NCBI GenBank assembly: GCA_002269645.1
Contig: NIVC01003514.1
Location: 1-64,000, forward strand
DNA: 64,000 bases
DNA from: Macrostomum lignano
Lineage: Eukaryota
Direction of reading: 5' to 3'
Made by a program: the position numbers and the translations under genes. The first letter of the stretch is position 1. Each line of letters begins with the position of its first letter. Shown in pieces: positions 1 through 13,200 of this stretch. Under the pieces are notes generated by a model. That model was not told the DNA's origin. It searched no databases and was given only the letters and a program-made list of their open reading frames with translations.

Positions 1-2040
1 TTTTTAAAGGTGAAATAGAAAGCAATTACCAAAGATATATGAAGAATAAGGGCCTATACATTTTAGCACCATGCAAACAAATAAATAGGCTTAGCCTTAG
101 GCTAAATAAACTTAGAAATTGACTAGAAAAGGTCAAACAAGGGCTTATATTAAGTAATTTGGATTTTATTAAAATTAGTTTACTATAAAGTTAGGCTAAG
201 TTAAGTAATTTATTGCTTTAAATTTAATAACAAAAACTACACTAGAATAGAATAATTTAATTAGCATAGTCTATAATTACCTATAGACCTAGTAAACCAA
301 CAAGTAATAATAATAATAAGTGATCTAAAAGACAACATAGTATTTAAAATAAAATATTGCTAAATACAATAAAAGCCAAAAGGTCATCCATATAAGAATA
401 GTAATATTAGCATATAGCAATGGCAATGCCAATATGGGTAAGTCTGATTTAATTATAAAGTTATTAATTATTAATTAGCCCCTTTGGTTAGGAACAAAAT
501 AATGGCAACCTTGTGTTGGTTTCTGCTTAGACTGCTACAAAAAAGTAGTCAGACCCAAGGGGCCAAGGCCTAATAACAATGAAAAACAGCAATGCATTTG
601 CACTATGCCTATGCCCTATGGCTATGCCAATGGCTATGGCCATGGTATGTGGAAATATAAAATATTATTAATATTGGTCTATAAAACTTAATTAAGTATA
701 CAAGTAGAGACCTATATAATGCCTCTGTCTATTACGCCTCTTAGTCTGGTCTGATCTAGCGGCTAGCCTAGACTTAACTCTAAAAAAAGCTAAGTTGTAG
801 GCCTATACAGCATTACAGGTAATACAGAAACATATAGTTGAAAAATAGCAAATTTGGCATCATTTACGATCCATACCAATACAAAATCAATATTTACAAG
901 CTAGGTGACTCTTAAAACTATAGTCAGCCGAAGTTGGCGAGCGAATATGTTTTAAAAACGTGCAGTCAGCCATATTTATTTTTAGGAGCTATAACAAAAT
1001 TCACACGAAGGCTTTCAAAAAGAAGAGAGAAAAAGCTTAAAAAAGTAACAAACCTCCACTGAAGAAGTTTTTTTAGACTTTAATAGTGATAAAACTATAA
1101 AGAGAGGCAAGTAAAAAGTATGTGAAAAGTGATGTTAAAAATTTCCCGTTGTATACGTTCAAAAACCGTTAGTTTGACGTCTTTAGAAAAACGTTTTCTT
1201 TAAGTCAAAGCAGAAAACGTTCGTGAAACGTCACGTTTTACTTGGGTCGTGTCTTGTTAAGATAGTTTATTTAAAGAAAAACTACCATAGGCTTCACATA
1301 CTTAAGTCATCCTTGATGAAAACCGTCGGCGTGAAACGGTGGGGGTTCTTCAGCTGTACAGTGGATTAACTGTCCGATGTCCGACTTTTTAACGACATAA
1401 CAAATTTAACAAGTAAATCGAACATTTTCATTAGTATCTGTAAATAAACTATACAAACCAGATACGAAGTACTAGAAGGTGATTTTAAACTTAGCTTTAA
1501 AGATTGAAACTTAAAGTATTTTTTTACTACATTTTGAATGAATATATACCTTGGTTATTTAACGAAACACGTGGTGGGCAACCGTACAGTGACCGTATCA
1601 ACTTTTTCTCTACTTCGGGTTTCTTGTTTATTCTTCCTATTTCTAGGTCAGATTTTCTTTAGCCGCGATTAGTAAGAGGAGATAGAAAATTTTACAAGTT
1701 CTAGAGCCTGATCGGGGCTTGGTATAAATCAGGAATTCATTCAACCAACTTTATCAGATCAGTGTATAGCCATAGGTTATAGGTAGGCCCCCCCCCCTAG
1801 ACAACCAAGGCTTTTAAATACAATTTACAGAATTTCAGTTTGGTTCGACATAGGCTTAGATAGTCTAGAAATACCAGCACAAAGGTCACAGCCCTCGCTG
1901 TCTTTAAATTCAACTAACACAAACGCTTGTGTGTTGCATAGAGTAGGCTAGTTCATATAGCTTCTAGTATTGCAGGTTTTACTTTAATTTTCTTCATAAT
2001 CGTACATAGTAGGCCTAGGCCCTAATTTTGAGTTTAAAAT

Positions 2041-5000
2041 ATGGAAAATGTGTGTTCATCCTGCAGCAAGGCTGTGTATTCTATGGAGCTTTTAAAGTGT
2101 ATGGATCAGGTAATTATGCAATTACAAATTCCTTAATTTGGTTCTTTGTAGTCTGTTTCAATAGAGTCCATAGTTATAGTCTTGATACAAGGTACTGGCT
2201 CTTGCATTAGGCCTATATAATCTCCTTATTGTCCCTTTATTTGTTAATTTTTGTTAGTTTTTCTTTTTTATACTTATAATACATTATTTAACATAACTTC
2301 ATAAATAAGATCAAGGTAGGCCTGGCCACCTAGTTTTATTCTAGATTGAAAAGGCAGTGCTTATTTAGCTGGCACTGGTCAAATAAACCTATCACTATTT
2401 AGCTAGCAGTCTGGCCTATTACTGGTCAAATTAATAAGATTTTTTCTTTATAAATTTATCTTTATAAATCTGGTTGCACCACTAATAGGCACATTTGATA
2501 CTAAAAAAACAGAATAAAAAAAACAATTTTATTATAATTTGATGCATTTTTAAAAAGTCCTATTCCACTATATAGTTAGCCCTATCAATGTACATTTTTA
2601 CCTCTGTTGTTGGCCAGCTCCATCATTTCACCTTCACTGCCAGTTCCCCTATTTCTAGACAGTTTGAACTGATATGCAATTTGTCTAGACTTTGTAAAAA
2701 GCCACTTACTCAGTTCATGTCTTATTACTCATTTGTCATTAAAATTGACAATTGAAAGAAGTAGCCTAACTCCCCATTTTCAGTAGACACAACTTTTGTG
2801 GACCAAAAAATTAAGTTACCATAAAGGCATGGGCCAGATTATAATATTAAAGACTAGTGGTCGGACAATATTGAATTTTCAAGATTTTCGAGATTCGAGA
2901 TTGGCCTCTTCAAGATATTCGAGATTTGATCGAGATTCGAGACATATAGTGGAACTGGTGGTAGGTCTATTAGACAAGCTCCCGGGATCCCAAGAACCAT
3001 CTCCGAAGGCACAGGATTCAAAATGTTAAATAAAATTTTGCCAACCCAGTAAAACAAAGTATTGCTAACCATCATCAGCAAACAAAAATACAAAGTCTCA
3101 TTGAAATAACCGGATTACACATTAAATATTTCCATGTGGATACGAGGTACCTAACTGACAAACTAGCGAGACAAAAGAAACCATCAATGTCACATGTTGA
3201 GTGTTGATCTTGGACATCAACTTCAAGTAGCCGATGAATTGCTGAAACATTAATTGTTTAAAGCAGAAATGCATTACATTACAAATAAATTGAAAATAGT
3301 AAATATATTGTTCAAAACAGCGCGCATTCTCTAATGCAAGCCATGACCATCGGCATCTGTATGCTATATATAAACTATACATTCTTCGTAACATGCAAAA
3401 TTTAAACAAAATATTGACATTGACACCATCAGGCTCTATGATATGATGCTGCATGCTTCTCATAGATCGAAATGTTTTTTCGAACATTAATTTTTATCTC
3501 AAATCTCGACATTTTTTTCGAGATTGTGAAGTTGAGATCAAGATTTGAGAAAACCCCAAGATCTCAGATCTCAAGATCGAGATCGAGATCTCATCTGACC
3601 CCTAATAAAGACAAAGGAAGCTTGCAGGCCACATAAAAAGTCTTTGAGGGCCAGATCTAGCCTAATAGCCAGAGGTTATAGACCTTTGCTATAGTATAAT
3701 ATTTTTGAGATTACTAGAGACTTATTTAAAAAAAGTTAGAGATAATTATTGGAAAACAACTAGCTATGGCTATGACTATTATAGTTAGCAGAATATAGAT
3801 ATGCTACAAGAAAAAATAGTTAAATGGCTAGGGTCTATGGAATTTATATATATATTTATATATATATATATATTTATATTTATATTTATATTTTTTTATA
3901 TTTACAAGGTTTGTTCCAGAAATAGTGGGAAAAACTAGTATAGAGACTGATTGTGATTTCGAATATGATGCAACTTGTATCATAAGTAGAAAAAATCCAA
4001 TGATTGTTTTGCTTTTTAAATGGGGTAAAAATGCCACTCATTAAAAAGTTATGCCTATAATTAAAACAAGGGGTAGGGGGTAGAGTTACACCAAGTTGAA
4101 GGGTCTGCAAAGTCAGTCACACAGCATTGCCATTGCCCTTGACTGATGACTTTTCGACAAAGTCACCCTCAGCCTGTAGCCTACAGCTGTTCTGCTTCTT
4201 CTTCAGATTAGCTCCTGCTTTTTTGAGGGCTTGTGTGCTCTTTTGTTTCTCTTCAACTTCTTTGTTTGCTTCTGTTTTCAAATGGATGGTTCTGACTAAG
4301 CATCAAAAGTTTAGTCTATGACCAGCATAGTAGGCTCAACTTGGTATAACTCTACCCCTACCCCTTGTTCTAATTATAGGAATAACTTTTAATGAATTGA
4401 CATTTTTACCCCAATTACAAAGCAAAACAACCATTGGATTTTTTCTACTTATGACGCAAGTTGCATCAAATTTGAATATCACAGTCAGCTTCTATACTGG
4501 TTTTTATATCTATTATTAGTAAAATGGATTAGTAAAATATCCATTATATTCCATTATTAGTAAAATCCATTAATCTAAAGAATTACATATGTAATTAGTT
4601 AGTTAAGATGTATTGTCATTAGGAGAAACAATTTAATATCTAAAAGTACACAATCAAAACTTTGATATAAATCGGAGATATGAAATTATATATAGTTTAA
4701 CTTGTTTTCCTAAATCTTGAAAATCAATATTTCAATTATGACATAAAATTTGTTTACTACTACTTATCATCTGTATTTAACTACTATATGCATTTCAAAA
4801 CCTTACTAGAAAAAAGGATTGAATATTGTACTTTTATTATTTTTATTTTGTATGTTTTAGGCATGGCACAGAACCTGCTTCAAATGCCAGACATGTGGCA
4901 CCACACTCAACATCAATAATTACAAGGCCTATGACAAAAGGCCATACTGCAAAGTGTATGCATGTTTTATCTATAATTTCGTTTCATTTTTATGTTAACT

Positions 5001-8000
5001 CTCAATTTCATACTTATATTAGTGGATTTCTTTTTTATTTTAGGCATTACCCAGAGTCAAAGGCATATACCTTTGTCACTGACAACCAGGAAATTCGGAG
5101 AGTGAAGCAGAATACTGCTGTTATTAGCTCTGTGAGTGGGACCTGGTGTTAATTTTTTATCTATTTTTGAGCATAATACCATGCCGATACTTAAGGACTA
5201 GCCACAGATACTAAATATTTAGGCTATTTAGGCCACAGGTATTTAGTATCTGTGGGACTAGCTGACTTATCCAAATCCTTAGTTGCTAGGCCATCGCTAC
5301 CCTCTCAGATCCTTAGGCGCTGGAAGCCCCCCCCTCCAGATCGTCAGTTGCTGGGCCAGCCTCCCAGATCGTCAGTTTTTGGGCCAGCCTCCCAGATCGT
5401 CAGTTTTTGGGCCAGCCTCCCAGATCGTCAGTTTTTGGACCAGCCTCCCAGATCCTCAGTTACTGGGCCAGCCTCCCAGATCCTCAGTTACTGGGCCAGC
5501 CTCCCAGATCCTCAGTTGCTGGGCCAGCCTCCCAGATCCTCAGTTGCTGGGCCAGCCTCCCAGATCCTCAGTTACTGGGACAGCCTCCCAGATCCTCAGT
5601 TGCTGGGCCAGCCTCCCAGATCCTCAGTTGCTGGGCCAGCCAGCCTCCCAGATCCTCAGTTGCTGGGCCAGCCAGCCTCCCAGATCCTCAGTTGCTAGGC
5701 CAGCCTCCCAGATCCTCAGTTGCTGGGCCAGCCTCCCAGATCCTCAGTTGCTGGGCCAGCCTCCCAGATCCTCAGTTGCTGGGCCAGCCTCCCAGATCCT
5801 CAGTTGCTGGGCCAGCCAGCCTCCCAGATCCTCAGTTGCTGGGCCAGCCAGCCTCCCAGATCCTCAGTTGCTAGGCCAGCCTCCCAGATCCTCAGTTGCT
5901 GGGCCAGCCTCCCAGATCCTCAGTTGCTGGGCCAGCCTCCCAGATCCTCAGTTGCTGGGCCAGCCTCTCAGATCCTCAGTTTTGGGCCAGCCTCCAGATC
6001 CTCAGTTGCTGGGCCAGCCTCCCAGATCCTCAGTTGCTGGGCCAGCCTCCCAGATCCTCAGTTGCTGGGCCAGCCTCCCAGATCCTCAGTTGCTGGGCCA
6101 GCCTCCCAGATCCTCAGTTGCTGGGCCAGCCTCCCAGATCCTCAGTTACTGGGACAGCCTCCCAGATCCTCAGTTGCTGGGCCAGCCTCATAGATCCTCA
6201 GTTACTGGGCCAGCCTCCCAGATCCTCAGTTACTGGGCCAGCCTCCCAGATCCTCAGTTACTGGACCAGCCTCCTGAAATCCTATATTTAAGACGCTACT
6301 TAGAACTTAAGAGCCTAGTGTGACTTATGGATAGTTCACTTCATTGGGGGTGCTAAAATATTTTAGTTATCAAAAATTGTCTGCTCCTACTCAGACAGTG
6401 AGCAGAAATGTTTGTTATTGAGTCACGCTTAAACTTAACAGTAACCTGGAGACGCTGTCAAGACTCATAAAAAATTAGAAAAAACGTCTTGAAAACCTAC
6501 TTCAACTATAGAATGTCAGTTGCACAACAGAGTGTGGTTCAGTTTAACGCTTGACGTCTTCAAAAAATTGATTAACGCTCTAGTTAGTAACAGACTGCGT
6601 AATTAAATATTTGACCAAAGGTCCGTCAGCCATGTTTCTTTCTTATCAGTTTCTCTTCTCTGGAAAGAGACGCCTTGCTAGAGAGAAAAGAAGCAGAAAC
6701 GAAAAGACAAAATGGCATTTTTTCAGATTTTTTCTCAAAGAAATTTAATTTTAAAAACTCATGGCCGAGTTTGGAGGGGGCATTACAAACCCGAAATATC
6801 ACATTCTCGAAAATCCAAAATGCAGGGAGCTTGTAAGTGTTTTCGAGAATGTGATATTTCGGGTGTGACTTAGGTTGGGGTTACAGTTAAGGTTTAGGTT
6901 AGGTTTAATGTTAGATTGAGGTTTAGGGTCTAAGGGCTATTTTCGTTTTCAATCTATGGCAGTCGAATGTCACTGAGAGTCAAATTACAGCTTAATAATT
7001 ATCAACAGATTTTCTTTTGTTGACTCAAATTATTAATTATTTTCATTGTCAGGCATCCTACACGAAGCGAAGGGCATCTGCAATTTCTAATGATAACTCA
7101 AACACTGTTGGTAAGTATACTGATAGATTAAATGTGCACTATATGCTACTCAATAAGTTGTAAGAATAGAATCCCTAACCTTTTAAAGTTAAACAAAAGA
7201 ATAGCAGGTTAAAAATTCATATCCGTGTCTGTCTACTTTGAGTAGCGGGTACATAGTATAGGCTAACTTTTAGTTACCAGGGTTGTCCACAAGTTCTAAC
7301 ACTTTAAATTCGGCAGCAAAAAAAGCGAAAATAGTTGCAAACACAACTTTGAAGTCATTTCAAAATTTAAAGCGGCACATTTATTCTTTCTAAAAAAATT
7401 CAGTATCATATATTTGGTAATTTCATTAAAAAGTTAAGCTTAATAGGAAGAGTGATGGTCTGATGGTTTTTTGTTAGAGTAAAACATGTGCCGCTTTTAA
7501 TTAACACCAAAGCTGTGTTCGAGACACGGTTTTTTAAAGCATTTCCCATCATTTCATCTACCATTATCCCAGTGGTAAACCGACGTTTTTCTGAGATCCC
7601 AGCCTCGCAGTCCGCTGACGCGCGGAGGTCTCGCCAAGAACTGCAGCACCAGTCATCTTATCAGCCAGGCTCAATAAACGATTTCGATCCTGAGGAGCAC
7701 AATACTTTGTCCAGGGGACTGGATCCCAATGCTGGCCGTCGTGGTTCTACTGTTTTTATTAGCCCCGGTAAGGTTGATCTTTATTCATTATAATTGTTTT
7801 TTGCTTTAGCAGTATCCTGCAAAACTGTTATTTACTATTTCGCAGCATCTTCGTCGAGACCTGCATCGGAAATTGACTCTGTTGTGGAAGTTTCGCCGAG
7901 CAAGCCCGAAGCGAATAATGTAAAGGCTGAAGAGGTACCGCTGCCTCAGCCAGCGGTGCCTGAACCGAAACCTGACGAGGTACCTGAAGCGAAGTCTGAA

Positions 8001-8681
8001 GTGGTACCTGAAGCGAAGTCTGAAGTGGTACCTGAAGCGAAGTCTGAAGTGGTACCTGAAGCGAAGCTTGAAGAGGTACCTGAAGCGAAGCTTGAAGAGG
8101 TACCTGAAGCGAAGCCTGCAGCGTCACCTGAAGCAAAGCCTGAAGAGGTATCTGAAGCGAAGCCTGAAGAGATACCTGAAGCTAAGCCTGCAGTGTCACC
8201 TGAAGCGAAGCCTGCAGCGTCACCTGAAGCTAAGCCTGAAGAGATACCTGAAGCTAAGCCTGAAGAGATACCTGAAGCTAAGCCTGAAGAGATACCTGAA
8301 GCTAAGCCTGAAGAGGTACCGCCGTCTCAGCCAGCGGCGTCTGAAGCTAACCGTTCAACCATGCCAGCTGTTGCTGCCAAGCCTTCAGCAAAGAAAACCC
8401 GTGGCGTGAGTAATCCAGGATTTTTTCCCCGCTCTCTCGAATGAAATTGCATATCAAACAACATAATTAAACAAGCAACTACCAAATTTCAGCGCTGCTT
8501 CCGTGCTCAATTTGCCTATAAAGCGCAAGATTCCGACGAAGTCTCTTTCGATGTTGGTGACGTCATCACTAACGGAGATCCAGTGGATTCGGGCTGGATG
8601 TACGGCATAGTAGAACGGACCAAGCAGTACGGTTTGCTGCCTTCAAACTACGTTATTGAGGAAGCTTCTCAAGCGTTTTGA
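2041..8681 (+). CDS. LASP1: LASP (LIM and SH3 domain protein), 7 exons: 2041-2109, 4861-4955, 5044-5131, 7053-7110, 7573-7767, 7846-8405, 8493-8681
   Basis: Spliced product MENVCSSCSKAVYSMELLKCMDQ|AWHRTCFKCQTCGTTLNINNYKAYDKRPYCKV|HYPESKAYTFVTDNQEIRRVKQ (LIM + nebulin-like) ... RCFRAQFAYKAQDSDEVSFDVGDVITNGDPVDSGWMYGIVERTKQYGLLPSNYV (SH3). All introns are GT-AG and phase-compatible. Confidence 0.93.
2855..3604. mobile_element. Degenerate non-autonomous hAT-like element in LASP intron 1
   Basis: Imperfect TIRs TAGTGGTCGGAC / TAGGGGTCAGAT(rc), 8-bp TSD TTAAAGAC / ATAAAGAC (7/8), and subterminal CGAGAT/ATCTCG repeats at both ends. Confidence 0.65.
3931..4506. mobile_element. Long inverted repeat (~170-bp arms 3931-4099 / 4335-4506, ~85% identical); probable MITE or deleted DNA transposon
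   Basis: Manual reverse-complement alignment of the two arms; TSD not identified. Confidence 0.6.
5330..6275. repeat. 28-bp minisatellite (CCTCCCAGATCCTCAGTTGCTGGGCCAG)n, LASP intron 3
   Basis: Direct tandem copies visible. Confidence 0.97.
6789..6864. other. Perfect 25-bp stem hairpin with a 26-nt loop, followed by GGTTA(G)-rich degenerate repeats
   Basis: ACCCGAAATATCACATTCTCGAAAA (6789-6813) is the exact reverse complement of 6840-6864. Confidence 0.9.
7970..8320 (+). repeat. Coding 24-bp minisatellite inside LASP exon 6 encoding (PEAK[S/L/P]E[E/V][V/I])n
   Basis: About 14 in-frame copies of CCTGAAGCNAAGNCTGAAG... within an exon bounded by phase-compatible splice sites. Confidence 0.85.
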
Positions 8682-8919
8682 CTTTTTTCGCCTTGATTAC
8701 TCAAAAGGTTACTTTGATTAAGCTCGTATTTGCAACTTATCCGTGCTATTTTATTTGTTTTATTTATTTTTTACAATCAGCAAATTTGTATGGTAATTTT
8801 TTGATTCGTAAACTTTGGAAACTTGCTTTGATTGTGCTTCAATGATTAATGGAGAAAGAGACGATAAATTGAGTTGTCTGTGGGGCAGGAAAGTGGCTAT
8901 AAAGTGGGAGTGAGGTTGG

Positions 8920-9690
8920 ATTTAGGGGCAGGAAAGTGACCATAAAGTGGGGGGATTGGCTGTGGGGAGAGGAGAGACGATAAGGGGATGGCTGTGGGAG
9001 GGGGGGCAGGAAAGTGACCATAAAGTGGGGGGATTGGCTGTGGGGAGAGGAGAGACGATAACGGGATGGCTGTGGGGGGGGGGCAGGAAAGTGACCATAA
9101 AGTGGGGGGATTGGCTGTGGGGAGAGGAGAGACGATAAGGGGATGGCTGTGGGGGGCAGGAAAGTGACCATAAAGTGGGGGGATTGGCTGTGGGGAGAGG
9201 AGAGACGATAAGGGGATGGCTGTGGGGGGGGGGCAGGAAAGTGACCATAAAGTGGGGAGATTAACTGTGGGGAGAGAAGAGACGATAACGGGATGGCTGT
9301 GGGGGCAGGAAAGTGACCATAAAGTGGGGGGATTGGCTGTGGGGAGAGGAGAGACGTTAAGGGGATGGCTGTGGGGGGGCAGGAAAGTGACCATAAAGTG
9401 GGGGGATTGGCTGTGGGGAGAGAAGAGACGATAAGGGGATGGCTGTGGAGGGGCAGAAAAGTGACCATAAAGTGGGGGGATTGGCTGTGGGGGCAGGAAA
9501 GTGACCATAAAGTGGGGGGATTGGCTGTGGGGAGAGGAGAGACGTTAAGGGGATGGCTGTGGGGGGGGGCAGGAAAGTGACCATAAAGTGGGGAGATTAA
9601 CTGTGGGGAGAGAAGAGACGATAAGGGGATGGCTGTGGGGGCAGGAAAGTGGCGATAAAGTGGGGGGTTGGTTGCGGAAGGCAGGAAAGT
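8920..9690. repeat. G-rich ~72-75-bp minisatellite between LASP and TRMT2A
   Basis: Tandem GGGGCAGGAAAGTGACCATAAAGTGGGGGGATTGGCTGTGGGGAGAGGAGAGACGATAAGGGGATGGCTGT. Confidence 0.95.
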
Positions 9691-10272
9691 GAAGGTCAAA
9701 GTTTAATCAGCATATGAGTATAAGTACACAATATTTCAGGATAATTTCTTTTTACACAAATTTGATTAGATTTTTTCCCCGACGTTTTCTTTATCGATAC
9801 GAGTATTGTGATTTTTCTGTTACAACTCAGATAGTGCAAAGCATCGTTTTCTATTGATTTTTACCCGCTTATTTTTTCTTTTTATCTGAAATTGGATTTT
9901 CAATCCTATATATTTCACTGCTAAATTGAATTGCAATAATCGTACTTGCAGTATTTTTGCGAGTTATGCTGGACAAATTTTTACGTGATAATTTTTATGC
10001 AAGTCAAATGGTGCTACAAATTACCTTCCTAATTTGTTTTAATTCGCTTTTGTGATTGATAATTATAAATATATTGAAATCAAAATGGTTTTTAGCAAAC
10101 ATTGACTTGTTTTTTTTTAAGTTTTAGTATTTCCTTAGTTATCATTTAGTTTTTAAAGGCGAATTAACAGCAATATAAAACTCACTTCACATTTCAGAGT
10201 AATCCAGCATCGTTAGAAATTGACCAGAAGCAGTTCGAGCCGAAAGGCTTGGAGACTGGCAAGTTAGAAACT

Positions 10273-13200
10273 ATGACATCCGAGTCTGTAGGCGTTCAAC
10301 CGGACAGTGCAAAAGAAGACTCGGCTGAGAAGCCGCTTAACTATCTAAACTCTTCGCAATTCACATCTGAGTTGTTCAAAATTGAAGTGAAGAATTTTCG
10401 GCCCTATACAACTGTTGCTATGCTGAAAAAGCGAATGCAGAGCTTAGGCCTGGAGCCGCACAAAGTGAAAGTAATGCCGAATAGTTGGATGGCTTTTGTG
10501 ACGTTTAAGAATGCGGATCAGCGGGATAAGGCTCTGTCTGTTCTGCCTGTGAGTTGCAATTTTGTATCATTTCTGTGCAGTTTATGCAAGATGAGGAGTA
10601 AGTGACAGCATGAGTAATAGAGGCTGTAGAAACTACTCTCATAAGCTAATGTCAGGGGCTCCTAAATGAGTGTTAAAGGCTCCTAAATAAGTGTCAGGGG
10701 CTCCTAAATGAGTGTTAGAGGCTCCTAAATAAGTGTTAGAGGCTCCTAAATAAGTGTCAGGGGCTCCTAAATGAGTGTTAGAGGCTCCTAAATAAGTGTT
10801 AGAGGCTCCTAAATAAGTGTTAGAGGCTCCTAAATAAGTGTCAGGGGCTCCTAAATGAGTGTTAGAGGCTCCTAAATAAGTGTTAGAGGCTCCTAAATAA
10901 GTGTCAGGGGCTCCTAAATAAGTGTTAGAGGCTCCTAAATGAGTGTTAGGGGCTCCTTAATAAGTGTTAGAGGCTCCTAAATAAGTGTCAGGGGCTCCTA
11001 AATGAGTGTCAGGGGCTCCTAAATAAGTGACAGGGGCTCCTAAATAAGTGTCAGGGGCTCCTAAATGAGTGTTAGAGGCTCCTAAATTAATGTTAGGTCT
11101 CCTAAATTAGTGTCAGGGGCTCCTTAATAAATGTCAGGGGCTCCTAAATAAAAGTTAGGGCTCCTAAATAAGTGTCAGGGGCTCCTAAATAAGTGTCAGG
11201 GCTCCTAAATAAGTGTCAGGGCTTCTAAATATGTCAGAGACTCCTACGAGCGTAAATAAGTGTCAGATCCTCCTCAAAGTAAAGTTTCAGGAGTTCCTAA
11301 TGTAGTTTCAGGAGCTCTTAAAGTAGTGTCAGGGGCACTTGTAAGTAAAGTGTCAGGAGTTCCTACATGGGTATCAAGGGCTTAGACATGTGCCAGGCTC
11401 TAATACTCTTTTGGCTTTAAACGAGTGTCAGGATCTTTGAAACTGGCTAGTATCAGGCTCCTAAACTAGTATAAGGCCTCTCAAAGTAGTAAGTAAAAAG
11501 TGTCAGTGGCTCCAGCTGCTGTACTTTGCCAATTCAAAGGGCCACATCTGGCGCGGTCAGGCTCTGACAGCGAAGCTCGCCAAACCCAAAGCTGATCCGT
11601 TTGGTAACGCCGCCGCAGCCGACTCCGGCCAGTCTAGCAGTACTGCTAAACGACCTCGACTAGATACTGACACTGCTGCTGACTCCAAGCCAGCGCCATT
11701 GTCGGCAGAAGCTGCTTCGGAACTTCTTCGCGACGCTGTCACCCCTCTGTGGCGACTGGGCTACGAGGAACAATTGAAGCAGAAGAGTCAAGACATGTCT
11801 AGCGAGGTGAAACAATTGACTAGACAGGTCGCTGCAGTTGGCGGAATTTCCGCGGGGTCTGTTGAGATGATGCCGATTGTAGCATCGCCAGTTGTTGACA
11901 AGTATCGGAACAAGTGCCAGTTCACTGTGGCCTGGAGTCCGACTCAAACTGACTCGGTTGTTGTCGGCTTTCGGGTTGGTCGGTGAGGACTTTGGCTTGT
12001 TTGTTCTTTTTTAGTGTAGCTTATCATGTACACTCTTAAATTAGATGCCAAGGACTAAATTATGATCTGGATTGACATCAGATGCCATGGAGTACTAAAT
12101 TATGATCTGGATTGACATCAGATGCCATGGAGTACTAAATTATAATCTGCATTTATATCAGATGCCATGGAGTACTGAGTTATAATCTGGATTTATATCT
12201 GATGCTATGGAATACTAAATTATAATCTGGATTTATATCTGCTGCTATGGAGTACTAAATTATAATCTGGATTTATATCTGCTGCTATGGAGTACTAAAT
12301 TATAATCTGGATTTATATCAGATGCTATGGAGTACTAAATTATAATCTGGATTTATGTCAGATGCTATGGAGTACACTCAATTACCCCAGCTAATGCTGG
12401 CACCCATTTTATCCAGGGTGAACTGAAGCAATGCAGAGTTAAGTGTCTTACTCAAAGACACAAATTGTTCCGGTGGGATCCAGGAATCGAACCCCCGACC
12501 TTTTAGTCGCGCTCTAACCAGTTAGGCTACAAACCTATGCCATGGAATATGAAATCATATACTCTGGCTTTCGATTAAATATACTATGGACTACTAAATA
12601 AAGAATCTGGCTAGGCCCTGTCTCTTTATCTCGCTTCCCTCAGCTACCGGGACGGCGAGGCGGACGTGTACCCTCCCGACACCGCGGCTGTTGTCCCAAC
12701 CGTCATTCTCGCCGTTGTCCGCCGCCTCCAGGCGCTGCTAAACGAGCCCGACATGAAGCGACGTGCGCCGCCGTACGACGCTAAGCGACACGTCGGCTGC
12801 TGGAAAGCCGCCACAGTTCGTTGCAACTCCTCAAACCGGACTCTGCTGTACCTGGATATTCACCAGCCTTTCCTCACAGCGAATGACACTAGTGATGAGA
12901 CTGAGATGAGTTTGCGCCATTTTATTGAGAATCGGCTTCAAAATGGGCTCCTTGGCGACCAAGACGGATGCGTGGCTTCGCTGCACGTTGTGTACACTGA
13001 CCACGGCGGCGGCGAGGCCAACGGCCTCTGGCGGCATCTCGGTGGCGACCCTGACATCACCGAGACGCTGGGCGGCTTAAGCTTTCGGGTGTCTCCGGCT
13101 GCGTTTTTTCAGGTTGCTTTTTTGGTTTGGATATTATCCCCTGACAGCCCCTGTTCTTCCCCTTCAATCCTTTGGTGCTGGCGCCTCTGTTGCTGGCGCC

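Noticed and set aside
1-2000. AT-rich region with scattered GACGTC/AACGTT motifs as a defined element
   Set aside because: No clear termini, TSD or ORF; at most decayed repeats or LASP upstream sequence
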